A stretch of DNA of 64,000 nucleotides, from the NCBI GenBank assembly GCA_030390025.1, contig CM059425.1:162008001-162072000 (forward strand), given 5' to 3'. Of the stretch, positions 26,913 through 38,679 are shown in pieces. The notes below the pieces were generated by a model. The model worked only from the letters and a program-made list of their open reading frames with translations. It was not told where the DNA came from and made no database searches. The stretch is from Squalus acanthias. Taxonomy: Eukaryota. Positions within the stretch are counted from its first letter, which is position 1. Every line of letters begins with the position of its first letter. The position numbers were made by a program, and so were the translations under genes.

Positions 26913-27788
26913 GGCCGCGATCTTACCTTTCGGTGCGAGTTGGGAGCGGGACTGCTACCTTCCGGGTTCCAATCCCATCCCCAATGACGTCCGACGCAAA
27001 GACACTATTTTGCGTCAATTGGTCTTGTTAAGCCCGCCCTGCAGGCTTGCCGGCCAATTAAAGGAAAGCCAGTGTCAGATGACATCAGTTGATGACGCGT
27101 CATCTGCCGGTTTTCTTAAAGGGGCCACGCACATTTTTTTTTGGCAGATGATTTTTCAGTGTTTGACAGCATTGAGGTGCTGCAAACACTGCCAATCACT
27201 ACAAAGGTGAGCCCTTGTACCCAGGCTCTCCAGTGACTCTCTCCTTAGGATAAAACAGATGGCAGCTAAAGGTGAAGTTACAGAAGTGATCTATAACTGG
27301 TGAGAGAGGTTCTCCCTATAAGGTGGGACTACACAAACACTTCAAACTTTGTTACCTACAGAAAAGTCTAAATACATTAAAAATGATTTTCCCAACACTT
27401 TCTTACCTCTGAAACTCACCAGTGTACCATTGGATCCTTCACACCATTTCTGCAGCTGTCATCAATGCACAAACCTTACAGTAGACCCACAGCACGCCAC
27501 ACTTACTCTGGCGTGGTGTCCGGACGTCGGGAAGCCCACAGTCTGAATTTGTCAAAATTGAAAAAAGTCTCTTAACTGCCTGTTAACTACCTGTTAACAA
27601 GCAGTTAAGTGCCTATAATCCTCTTCCCGCTGCTAGGTGTCGGGTCCCTGCGCAAATCGGGGACCCGACACTTGGGAAGATTGTATGGAGGCAGGATGAT
27701 AGTGGGTTCGGGACCCACTGTCAATCTTTGCAATTTTACCAGCAGTCCTGCCTCCAAACCCGCCCAAAGTGCCGGCAAAATTCCCCCC
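26913..27788. mobile_element. Non-autonomous Harbinger element
   Basis: Ends GGCCGCGATCTT / AAAATTCCCCCC, TAA TSD; inverted homologue of 48272-49138. Confidence 0.85.
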
Positions 27789-28116
27789 TAAGTCTTTAAG
27801 AAAGACAGATAATAGATATACTTAATGAAATGAAAAGAATAACTAACCAACGTCAAAAGAATAAATGTAGGCCTGTTAGTAATTCCTTTTAAAGCTGTTG
27901 GTGGTCGGGAAGATGCTGAAAAGATGTTTAAACGATTGAAGTTTAGTTAAATTATGCAGTAGATTCAGTGAGAATTTAAATTGGGCAGAATGTTGATTTA
28001 AAGTCAGAAGGAAGACTATTGTGTAGAAAGGAGAGTATGAACAAACGTGATGTAAATAAAAAGACTGTTAAAATGGGTGCGTGAGAGATCGAATGATATA
28101 AATAGTAGGAGACAAA

Positions 28117-30067
28117 GGGCTCGATTTTGCCATGGGGGTGGGCTGGGGGCGTGTCAGGTGGTCGTCGTGTCAGGATCCCGACTCCGATGTGAAGTGGGAC
28201 AAAAGTGTGATTTTGCCCTAATTAGGCACTTGATTTCCAGTGTGTGGAAACCCCTGGCCCAATGAGCCTTTTCATACAGAAAGTCGCCTCCGATGACGTC
28301 ATCAATGCTGCTGGATTTAAGGCCTACAAGCAGCCTTGCTTCTTTTTCAGCCTTTAAACTTTATGCCCATTGTTCTGAGTGCTTCCTTCACCAATTATGT
28401 CCACCAGTAGAACAAAGTGTGCTCCAAGATTCGATGAGGCCTTCCTCCAAGCTCTGATGGAGGGAGCAAGAGCAAAAAAGGAGGTGCTCTTCCCTTCCTC
28501 AGGGAGGAAAAAGCCTCCCCAGCAGACTAAAGCTGTGTGGCTGCAAGTGGCCCAAGAGGTAAATGCAATTTCTATATGCAGCAGAACCTGGCTGCAGTGC
28601 AGGAAGAGGTTTCATGACCTTCTCCGCACAGGAAAAGTGAGTATGACTTTCCCGTCAGCCTCAATCTGATTCCCATCGCCTCTTCTCATCAGCACTCTAC
28701 TTTGCCAACCTCTTCCTCCACATCCCACTTGACACTGACATCCCTGCACCCTTACCCATTCCCTCTCTCTCTATGGTCACATTCACTTAACTATTCGACC
28801 ATGCAGCCCTCACACTCCCCATCACTGTGATGCAATGACAACAACTTGTGTCCCTCATTCCAGGAAAAGAGAGCCCACAATAAGAGGGAAAGAGCGAGGA
28901 CAGGAGGAGGGCCACCCTCAGAAGCCCAGCTCACCACTTCGGAGGAGGCGGCCCTGGAGATCACCGGAGTGGAGGACGATTCGCAAGTAGGGGACGGACA
29001 GACGGGTGCATCACAGCAAGCTGGTGACAGAATAGTTTAGCATCTCTCTCATTGACATTGCATGAGTGACTGATAATGATTCTGATGCTCTAACAGATTG
29101 ACTTATGATCATCTGCACAATTCAATGTGTATGCAACCTTTACCTCACATCTCTAACTCTTTCCTTTACTCCCCCACAGGACCATCGAGAGCCCCTGTCC
29201 CCACTGTCCAGGAGGAACAGCCTGAGCCTCAAGACTCCTCAGAGGAAGTTGCAACCTTTGAGGGCGCAGCGTCAGCAGAATTCAGCGCAGACACACACAC
29301 CTCGGTGGGACCTTCACGAGATAGAGTAGTGTTGTCACCTGGTGTATCACAGATCACAAGTGAGCATCAGCAGATGGGGGAGACAGGGACAGCAGTGGAG
29401 AGTCCTCGTCGGAGGGCGCAGGACTCTCCCAGCTCGGCTCAGCTGCATGTCGACCCTGTGCCTCCAGGTCCATCCAGAAGGAGAGCGGTGCTGGAACTCC
29501 ACGAACAGGTGCAGGAGTCTCTGGCAGGTTTTGTCTCCAAGGTCGCTGCGAGTGTGGAGCAAATGGAGGAGTCCATCGCGAACATGAGCAGAACCTTTGT
29601 GGAGGCATTGGCGCATGAACGCATCACCACGGAAAGGATTATAGAGGCAATTAACTGGTTGTTAAGGGCCTATCGCGCCTCTTGGAAAAACATTCAGCAG
29701 GCACCAGACTGGTGCGAAGAATAAAGTTTGCCCTACCTGACCACCACTGCCTTTAAATATCGCTCCCAAGCGGCCAGCCGAGGTGACAACGCCTCCTGCT
29801 GCTGCCGCTGTTGACGCCCGGCGATGCAGCACGGGGCAAGAGCGAATATCAGATCCGGGGCGGTAACAGGGCGCTGCGCACCTGATGATGTCACAATCTA
29901 CGGGGCGCAACAGAGTGAGGCGGTAAGTGTTAGCGCATGCGCAAAAATGCCAGGGAATTTCGTGTGCATCGGTGAATTCACCATGCCCGGTCAGTAACCC
30001 CTTAGTGCTCCGTTACCGCCCCCCGCAGGCGCTAACAGGAGGTGCAAACCAGGTGAATTTCTCCCCC
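28117..30067 (+). mobile_element. Harbinger derivative carrying only the Myb/SANT gene, probably a composite of two families
   Basis: Left end GGGCTCGATTTT, right end AATTTCTCCCCC of the GGCGCTA type; no matching TSD; no transposase. Confidence 0.7.
28397..29724 (+). CDS. Harbinger Myb/SANT-like DNA-binding protein (exons 28397-28636, 28864-29023, 29180-29724; C-terminus probably truncated at about 29650)
   Basis: APRFDEAFLQALME..WLQVAQEVN..RTWLQCRKRFHDL | EKRAHNKRERARTGGGP; GT-AG introns of phase 0 and 1, as in the full-length element. Confidence 0.75.
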
Positions 30068-31289
30068 TTGATTTTTCTTCCATCATTTCATATGTAAACA
30101 TACCCCCCTTAATTTGGCACATGAACAGATATAAACACATCAACCAATATAAACACTTAATCATATAACATTTTGGCTTTTAGATCAGTTTTCACCTGCT
30201 TATTTGCACATTTCAACACCATTTAGTCACTTGACCTAATCAGTATGAATCAAAATGCAGATAAACTAGGTAGGACAGACAAAGGCAACATTTCATGATT
30301 GTACAATGCAGTAATAAAACCACCTGAGAACCAAAGTAGCTCATTTTGAGTCCTTTTTTATAATTTCCCTTACATTTTATATAATAACAACCCAAATACA
30401 GAAACACCAACACATGTACGAAAGAATTGTGGGTGACCAGTCCTTTATTCATTCCAGTGCAAATTGTTAATTGTTTGGAAGTATCTAGTCCCAGGATTAC
30501 ACACGTTATTGAGAATGTAGGTGAATTGACAAGACTCCTATTGCAGGACAACACCAAGGTTGAAAGATTTTGTAGAAATTATAAGGTAAATCAGTAAGAA
30601 GTAGCTAGGTACATCATTTCAAAAGTATGTAGATTGTAGGGAGAAAAGACTGAGGGAGATGAGGAGTCCATTCATTGTACTAAGAAGGTAATTAAATAAT
30701 TAAGGTGATGGTACGATAATAAATTTTTAAGTTAAATGGAACAGATTACAATTCCCACAGTTTCCAGTCCTTTGCCCATCATTTTTGCAAAAAAATCAAT
30801 CAATAAATAAATCACATGTTCCAAAAGTGCTCTTTATTATTTCGCTTTATTATTTCATATCTTGAAATGGATCACAGGGGAATCTGTGGTATATATTTTT
30901 AGCGTCAGTTTGTGACTTGACTTTTACATTGACCTTTTAAAATACCAGTTCAAATTTCAGTTAAAAAAGGCATAGATGTTTAAAACTATGTTCAAGAGTT
31001 CTTTGATAAAAATAGGTCTATTCATACACGCTCCTTGGTTTAAAAGATGGGCTCTGTTCATAGAATAATTTTTCAGGTAGAGAAATGTGACATCTGTGGA
31101 TCACACTGATGAAGAGACATGAAAAACCTACATTTTCAGAACTGTAGAAAAGATATTCTGGATAGAATCTTCTAAGTCAGATCAAAGAAGCATGTACATT
31201 AAAAATCCCATATAAGGTATACATGAATTTCCCTTTAGTCTACTTCAAATTTCCTGGTAAAATTGCAGTAATGATATCACAAACAAGTA

Positions 31290-34200
31290 GAAACATAGAA
31301 CATAGAAAAATAGGAGCAGGAGCAGGAGTAGGCCATTCGGCCCTTTGAGCCTGCTCCGCCATTCAATATGATCATGGCTGATCCTCTATCTCAATACCAT
31401 ATTCCCGCTCTCTCCCAATACCCCTTGATGCCTTTTATGTCTAGAAATCTATCTATCTCCTTCTTAAATATATTCAGTGATTTGGCCTCCACGGCTTTCT
31501 GTGGTAGAGAATTCCACAGGTTCACCACCCTCTGAGTGAAGAAATTTCTCCTCATCTCAGTCCTAAATGTCTTACCCCGTATCCTGAGACTGTGACCCCT
31601 CGTTCTAGACCCCCCAGCCAGGGGAAACATCTTCCCTGCATCCAGTCTGTCTAGCCCGATCAGAATTTTATACGTTTCAATGAGATCCCCTCTCATTCTT
31701 CTGAACACAGGCCTAGTCGACCCAATCTCTCCTCATACGACAGTCCTGCCATCCAAGGAATCAGTCTGGTGAACCTTCGTTGCACTCCCTATATGGCAAG
31801 TATATCCTTTCTTAGGTAAGGAGACCAAAACTGCACACAGTACTCCAGGTGTGGTCTCACCAAGGCCCTGTATAACTGTAGTAAGACATCCTTGCTCCTG
31901 TACTCAAATCCTCTTGCAATGAAGGCCAACATACCATTTGCCTTCCTAATTGCTTGCTGCACCTGCATGTTTGCTTTCAGTGACTGGTGTACAAGGACAC
32001 CCAGGTCCCTCTGTACATCAACATTTCCCAATCTATCACCATTTAAATAATACTCTGCCTTTCTGTTTTTTCTACCGAAGTGGATAACTTCACATTTATC
32101 CACGTTATACTGCATCTGCCATGTATTTGCCCACTCACTCAACTTGTCTAAATCGCCTTGAAGTCTCTTTGCATCCTCCTCACAACTCACAATCCCACCT
32201 AGTTTTGTGTCATCAGCAAACTTGGAAATATTACATAGAAACATAGAAACTAGGAGCAGGAGTAGGCCATTCGGCCCGTCGAGCCTGCTCCACCATTCAA
32301 TACGATCATGGCTGATCATCCAAATCCAGTACCCTGTCCCTGCTTTCTCCCACAGAATCCCCATCGAGCCTGCACCGACACATATCCCACCCTATCCCCG
32401 TAACTCCACGTATTTAATTCCCCCTAACATATCCCATCCTATCCCCGTAACCCCACATATTTAATCCCACCCTAACACTAAGGGTCAATTTATCATAGCC
32501 AAATCAACCTAACCCGCACATTTTTGGACTGTGGGAGGAAACCGGAGCACCCGGAGGAAACCCACGCAGACACGGGGAGAATGTGCAAACTCCACACAGA
32601 CAGTCACCCGAGGCCGGATTCGAACCCGGGTCTCTGGCGCTGTGAGGCACCAGTGCTAACCACTATGCCACCGTGTCCATTTGGTTCCCTCATCCAAATC
32701 ATTGATATATATTGTGAATAGCTGGGGCCCAAGCACTGATCCCTGCGGTACCCCACTAGTCACCGCCTGCCACCCCGAAAAAGACCCATTTATTCCTACT
32801 CTCTGTTTCCTGTCTGTTAACCAATTTTCAATCCATGCCAGTATATTACCCCCAATCCCATGTGCTTTAATTTTGCACACTAACCTCTTATGTTGGACTT
32901 TATCAAAGGCCTTCTGAAAATCCAAATACACCACATCCACTGGTTCTCCATTATCTATTCTACCAGTTACATCCTCAAAAAACTCCAGTAGGTTTGTCAA
33001 ACACGATTTCCCTTTCATAAATCCATGTTGACTTTGTCCAATCCCGTTGATATTTTCTAAGTGTCCTGTTATCACATCCTTTTTAATAGACTCTAGCATT
33101 TTCCCTACTACTGATGTTAGGCTTGTCTGTAGTTCCCTGTTTTCTCTCGCCCTCCTTTTTTAAATAGTGGGGTTACATTTGCCACCCTCCAATCTGCAGG
33201 AACTGTTCCATAATCTGTAGAATTTTGGAAGATGACAACCAATGCATCCACTATTTCCATGGCTACCTCTTTTTTTGTACTCTGGGATGCAGATTATCAG
33301 GCCCTGGGGATTTATCGGCTTTCAGTCCCATTAATTTATCCAGCTCTATTTTTTTACTAATACTAATTTCCTTTAATTCCTCCTTCTCACTCGACCCTTG
33401 GTTCCCTAGCATTTCTGGGAAGTTATTTGTGTCCTCTTCCGTGAAGACAGAACCAAAGTATTTGTTTAATTGCACTGCCATTTCCTTGCTCCGCATTATA
33501 TATTCTCCCGTTTCTGGCTGTAAGGGATCTACATTTGACTTCACTAATCTTTTTCTTTTTACATACTTGTAGAAGCTTTTACAGTCTGCTTTTATGTTCC
33601 TTGCAAGTTTACTCTCATACTCTATTTTTCCCCTCTTAATCAATCTCTTGGTCCTTTTTTGCTGAATTCTAAACTGCTCCCAATCCTCAGGTTTGCTACT
33701 TTTTCTGGCAACTTTATATGACTCCTCTTTGGATCTAAAACTATCCTTAATTTCTTTTGTTAGCCATGGTTGGGCCACTTTTCCTTTTGTGTTTTTGCGC
33801 CAGAAAGGAATGTATAACGGTTGCAATTCATGCATTCGTTCCTTAAAAGTTAGCCATTGCCTATCTACCGTCATGCCTTTTAATGAAGCTCCCCAATCTA
33901 TCATAGCCAACTCACTCCTCATAACTTCCTAGTTTCCTTTGTTTAGATTTAGGACCCTAGTTTCATATTGGACTACTTCACTTTCCATCTTAATGAAGAA
34001 TTCTATCATGTTATGGTCACTCTTCCCTAAAGGACCCCGCACAACAAGATTATTAATTAACCCCTTCTCATTGCACAATACCCAATCTAGGATAACCTGT
34101 TCCCTAGTTGGCTCTTCAACGTACTGGTCTAAAAAACCATCTCGTACATACTCCAGGAATTCATCCTTCACAGTATTATTGCTAATTTGGTTTGGCCAGT

Positions 34201-34330
34201 CCATATGTAGATTAAAGTCACCCATGATTATTGTAGTACCCTTGTTACTTGCATCTCTAATTTCCTGTTTGATGCCGTCCCCTACATTACCACTACTGTT
34301 TGGTGGCGTATAGACAACTCCCACCAATGT
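31290..34330 (-). mobile_element. CR1 LINE ORF2 (part of EN, plus RT) and 3' tail, interrupted by a SINE
   Basis: [53 protein letters not shown]; (TTCTATG)n-type tail near 31290. Confidence 0.95.
32237..32678 (-). mobile_element. tRNA-derived V-SINE (HE1-like) with CR1-derived tail
   Basis: A box TGGCATAGTGG, B box GGTTCGAATCC, V-domain TGTGTGGAGTTTGCACATTCTCCCCGTGTCTGCGTGGGTTTCCTCCGGGTGCTCCGGTTTCCTCCCACA; tail matches the CR1 3' end. Confidence 0.9.
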
Positions 34331-34485
34331 TTTAGATATAGATTGAATTATGGATGATTGGGAGTGAGTATGATTGTAAATTACACTATAGATTCAGTCA
34401 ACATCATAAGCCAGAACAGCAAAGCTCAAATAGTAAATAAATGTCAGATGAATTTCCCCAAGTAAACTGCAGCCTTAAACTCATT

Positions 34486-35308
34486 GGGCCGGATTTTGCT
34501 GTGAGCGGTGAACGAATGGCGCCAGCTGTTCATTAGACTTGCACTTGGCCATAGACTTTCTATGGGCTTTTGCACGACAAGTTGCTGTCAGCCAAACATG
34601 TAAACAGTGCAGCCTCCCCTACAAGACGTCTGGGACCTGTGTGAACAGGGCAAGCAAGTGTGTATCTCCTTAACCAATCAGATTAAAGAATCGTTAATGA
34701 TCAGTGCAGAGTCTGAACCAGGAAGTGTAAGCTAGAATGGTGAATTCAATGTCAAATCAGGTACAGAAAGCGAAATAAAGAGGGAAAGAAAGATTGGATT
34801 ATGAGAGAAAAAGAGACATAAAGACAGAAAGAAAAACCAATTTTTAAAAAAATTATTTAAAAAATCTCCAACAATAACTAAAGGCTGAAGGAATGAGACT
34901 CCACATTTATTGAAGTTAATTTTCAGTGCCAGAGAGGTTGTTTGGCGGTAATTAAAGACTTACCATGACGTTAAAGAGGTACTTAGACTGGAACATAAGA
35001 ACATAAGAAAGAAATAGGAGCAGGAGTAGGCCATTCGGCCCCTCAAGTCTGCTCCGTCATTCAATAAGATCATGGCTGATGAAGTGGCGAGTTTAGTCCG
35101 TATCTACGATGTAAGTACAGGAACTTCATGCCGTTCAGTACATTTGAATGGGACCCTGACGGCGAGATGCCCCTTTCGCACAGCTTACAGAGGGGCAGCG
35201 TATCTCAGACAGCAACTTCTGGATTTTCGCGTTTAACTGTCTGATTTGCACATAAATAACGGTGAGCGCTGTTAGCCTCACTGTCATTTTCACAGAAAAA
35301 TCCGGCCC
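34486..35308. mobile_element. Harbinger-type MITE containing a short CR1 tail at about 34993-35080
   Basis: 12-bp TIR GGGCCGGATTTT / AAAATCCGGCCC; flanks att/aat. Confidence 0.75.
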
Positions 35309-35613
35309 AATGTTTACCATTTAATTTTTTTTTAAGTAACAGAAATCCTGTGGCATTGCTGATGGCGAGTTGGACGATACATTTTTTTGTAACACTAGGG
35401 GTGTTGTCAACAAAGTGTGACAGGGCAATTGTTACAGGAAGTAAATGTGACATTTATGGAAAAATATGCTACACAGCAGAATATTAAGCATTTCATAGAT
35501 ATAAAAAATTGTGTACAATAAATATTTTTACATAATGTATATGAAGTATTAAATATAATTTGTCCAAAATAATTTGTGTATCAACCATATAATAAAAATA
35601 CTTAGAAAATGTT

Positions 35614-36353
35614 GGCCCTGAATTTGCAGTTGGAGGCTTCCCACGGGCAGATGCCTCTGACCAGCAAAAAATCTGCGAACTTACCTGATGGTCCCGGAGG
35701 TTCGGACACTTGCGTTCCTGGGCCTCTATGCGTGGGTCTGCGTAGAGGCCCACGTATCCCAGGGGCGCATACGTGGGCCAGCCCAACAAATGAAGGAAAG
35801 GGATCCCCATTCATACTTATGAGGATTCCGTATGTACGGAACTTCTATAAGTATGAATGGGAATACCCCCAAAAATACATATACAGTTCAAATAAATAAA
35901 AAAAAACACATATTTAAAATTAATCAAAATGTAATTTAATTAAATATTTAAAACAAAAATTTAATTTTTTGAAAAATAAATTTACATATTTTAATGGGGC
36001 TAAAAATAAACGTAGCTTATTTCACAGATTTTTAAATGTATAAATTATTGAATTTTTTTATTTTTCTGTTCTTTAAAAGTCTTACGCTGGTAAAAGCAGC
36101 CGTATGCCTGCTTTTACCAGGCGTAACAATTTCACAGGCATTCGCTGGGCAGAAGTTGGGCAAATAGCCCAACTCTCCGCCTGCGGACGCCCTTTTCCCG
36201 GGGATGCGGATGATCTGTCAAGAAGATTCTTGACAGATCGCAAGTTCCGGTTTTTAGCGCATGCACTTCACATGCCTAAACCCGGAACTTGCGCGGCCCC
36301 TACGGGCACGTATACACCTCGTACGCACCCATAGGGGCTGCAAAATACGGCCC
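35614..36353. mobile_element. Harbinger-type MITE with AT-rich core
   Basis: Ends GGCCCTGAATTTGCAG / CTGCAAAATACGGCCC, GTT TSD; internal hairpin at about 35806-35860. Confidence 0.85.
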
Positions 36354-36808
36354 GTTATATTTGTGTGAAAAGTCACGTTCTCTGCCGCAGAGAAGTTGCT
36401 GGTGGTGTGTGATGGGAAGTAATGAAAGATTTAGTGGTAGAGTGGTGAGCACTTAAAATGTTAGTGGGATAAAGTTTGAGTAGGGGAAAAAAGTCAAAAA
36501 TTGAGGAATGGACTCTTGAGGTTTAGAAAGTTTTAAGATCTGTGGACTACAGATAAAAGACACACTGGGAGCAGGACTAAAAAAAAACAGCAGAGTTCTA
36601 CTTTAAACAACCAACACCAGGAACAGAACTCAAAAATTAGAAACAGTGAAGTGAGTCTAAAAACAAAATACCAGGAGTGAATTTTTAAAAAGCACAAAAC
36701 TAGGAGTGGAACTGAAAAAGAACAGAAGCACCAGAGCTTGGACGAAAAAAAAATCACAAACATCAGGAGCAGCACTAAAAATGGGCTAAAAAAGAACAAA
36801 AACATTAA

Positions 36809-37470
36809 GGGCTGGATTTTGATACTGGGGCGGGTTGGGGTTATGTTATCCACTTTTCGTGTTATCCGCCCGACTGCAATTGGATGTGGGAGATTGATGC
36901 AATTTTCACCTAATTGGGCAATTGAGTTCCAGCATGTGGGAACCCATGAACCAATTAGTGCTTTCAGTCTGAAAGTCGCCTCTGATGATGTCATCATTGC
37001 TGCTGCATTGAAGGCCTTCAAACACTGCCTGGCCTTTGCTGTGAGAGGACCTGCAAAATGAGAGCAGCAGTCCTAAGTCTGCGCCCAGATATTTTTACAC
37101 CACCACTCCCAGATATGTCTCCTCTCCATCCATCCATATATACATCCATCCCCATAGCCAGCCAGTCAGCCATATCCAAATGTGCTCCCGCCAGGTTTCA
37201 CAATCGTGGTTCAGAACAGGCGTGCTTCACGTATAACAAGGGTTAAAATCACAAAGGCCTTTCAAAATGGCATTATAGAGCCAATTTAGTGCTTGTTAAG
37301 GGCCTTAACAACCTATCCCGCCTCCTAAAGGCGGGACGGAGTCGGGATCAGCAGACACGATTTAATGAAAATTGCGTGGAGGCGGGCTTGTGCCCACCCG
37401 CCAGTTTTCACAATTTTAACCCCCCACACGCCTCCAAACCCGCCTCCACAGGTCAATGAAAATCCAGCCC
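36809..37470. mobile_element. Non-autonomous Harbinger element
   Basis: Perfect 12-bp TIR GGGCTGGATTTT / AAAATCCAGCCC, TAA TSD; left part homologous to 28117-28350. Confidence 0.88.
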
Positions 37471-37665
37471 TAAGAGTGGTACTAAAAAACACAAAAATAA
37501 CAGCAGTGGGATTAAATAAACAGAAACAGTGGAAGCTCCCCAAGGCCAACTGAAGACTGAAAAAAAGTTGTAACACAGCTGACGGGCAGGAACATACGGC
37601 TAATGGCAAAATAAAAATTTTAAGGATTGTTCCCAGCAGGGAACCCAAGCCATGTTTTAAATACC

Positions 37666-38198
37666 TCTAGACCCAACTATTCCAATGCTCTCCTGGCTGG
37701 CCTCCTATCTTCCACCCTCCCTAAACTTCAGCACATCCAAAACTATCCTAACCCGCACCAAGTCCTGCTCATTCATCACTCCTGTGCCTGTTGACCTACG
37801 TTGGCTCCCGGTCCACCAAAGCCTTGAATTTAAAATTCGCATATCACGTTCAAATCCCTCCATGGCCTCACCCCTCCCTATCCCTGTAACCTCCTCCAGC
37901 CCTGCAATCCTCCAAGAACTCCAACTCTGCCCTCTTATGCTTCCCCCACTTCCTTCGCCCTACCACTGGCAACCATGCCTTCAGGCCCTAAGCTCTTGAA
38001 TACCCTGTCTAAACCTCTCCGCCTGTTCACCTCTCTCTCCTCCTTTAAAACCTACCTCTTTGATCAATCTTTTGGTCAACCCTCCTAATATCTGCTTCAT
38101 TGGCTTGGTGTTCATTTTTGTCTGATTATGCTCCTGTGAAGCGAGTTGGGCCATTTTCCTACGTTAAAATTACTATATAAATGCAAGTTGTTGTTGTT
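37666..38198 (+). mobile_element. L2 LINE 3' fragment
   Basis: Homologous to 12630-13194; tail CTATATAAATGCAAGTTGTTGTTGTT. Confidence 0.88.
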
Positions 38199-38679
38199 AC
38201 AATGCACAACAGGCACTGAACAGGCCACAGTTCCTAATAATTTGGGGGCTGATGCCTATTGTACATGAGTACTATGGGCATTGGACATTGCATTATCGCC
38301 CTTATGTACAGTTCAGTGGGGGAAAAATTCAGTCGCGCCCCATTTGGGGCGCAAATATCGTCCGGGCGCAAAAATTAGCGCCTGGCGCTAATTATCGCCA
38401 CTGACTGGAAACTTCACTTTTAACGCCCCAGGAGGTGATTGGAGCGCTAAATCAGGCGCTGCACACCTGTCTTAAGGCGCAAAGGCCGAGGAGTGAGGCG
38501 CTAACTCAAAGCGCGAGCGCAGCGCAGGTGCTGCCAGTTAGCGAGGGAACACAGACACACTGGCGCCGGCCAGTTCTTAAAGGGGGGGGGGGGGCGATCT
38601 TGCTCCCCAGCCACACCCTGCTCATTGCAGCCTTGAATCTCGGCCTGGAGAGACCTGTGAATCCATTTTCCAGCCAAGG

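Noticed and set aside
32600..32678. tRNA gene
   Set aside because: The A and B boxes belong to a SINE head followed by a V-domain and LINE tail
36533..37021. 162-aa hydrophobic ORF
   Set aside because: Runs from a MITE into the T-rich strand of a low-complexity array
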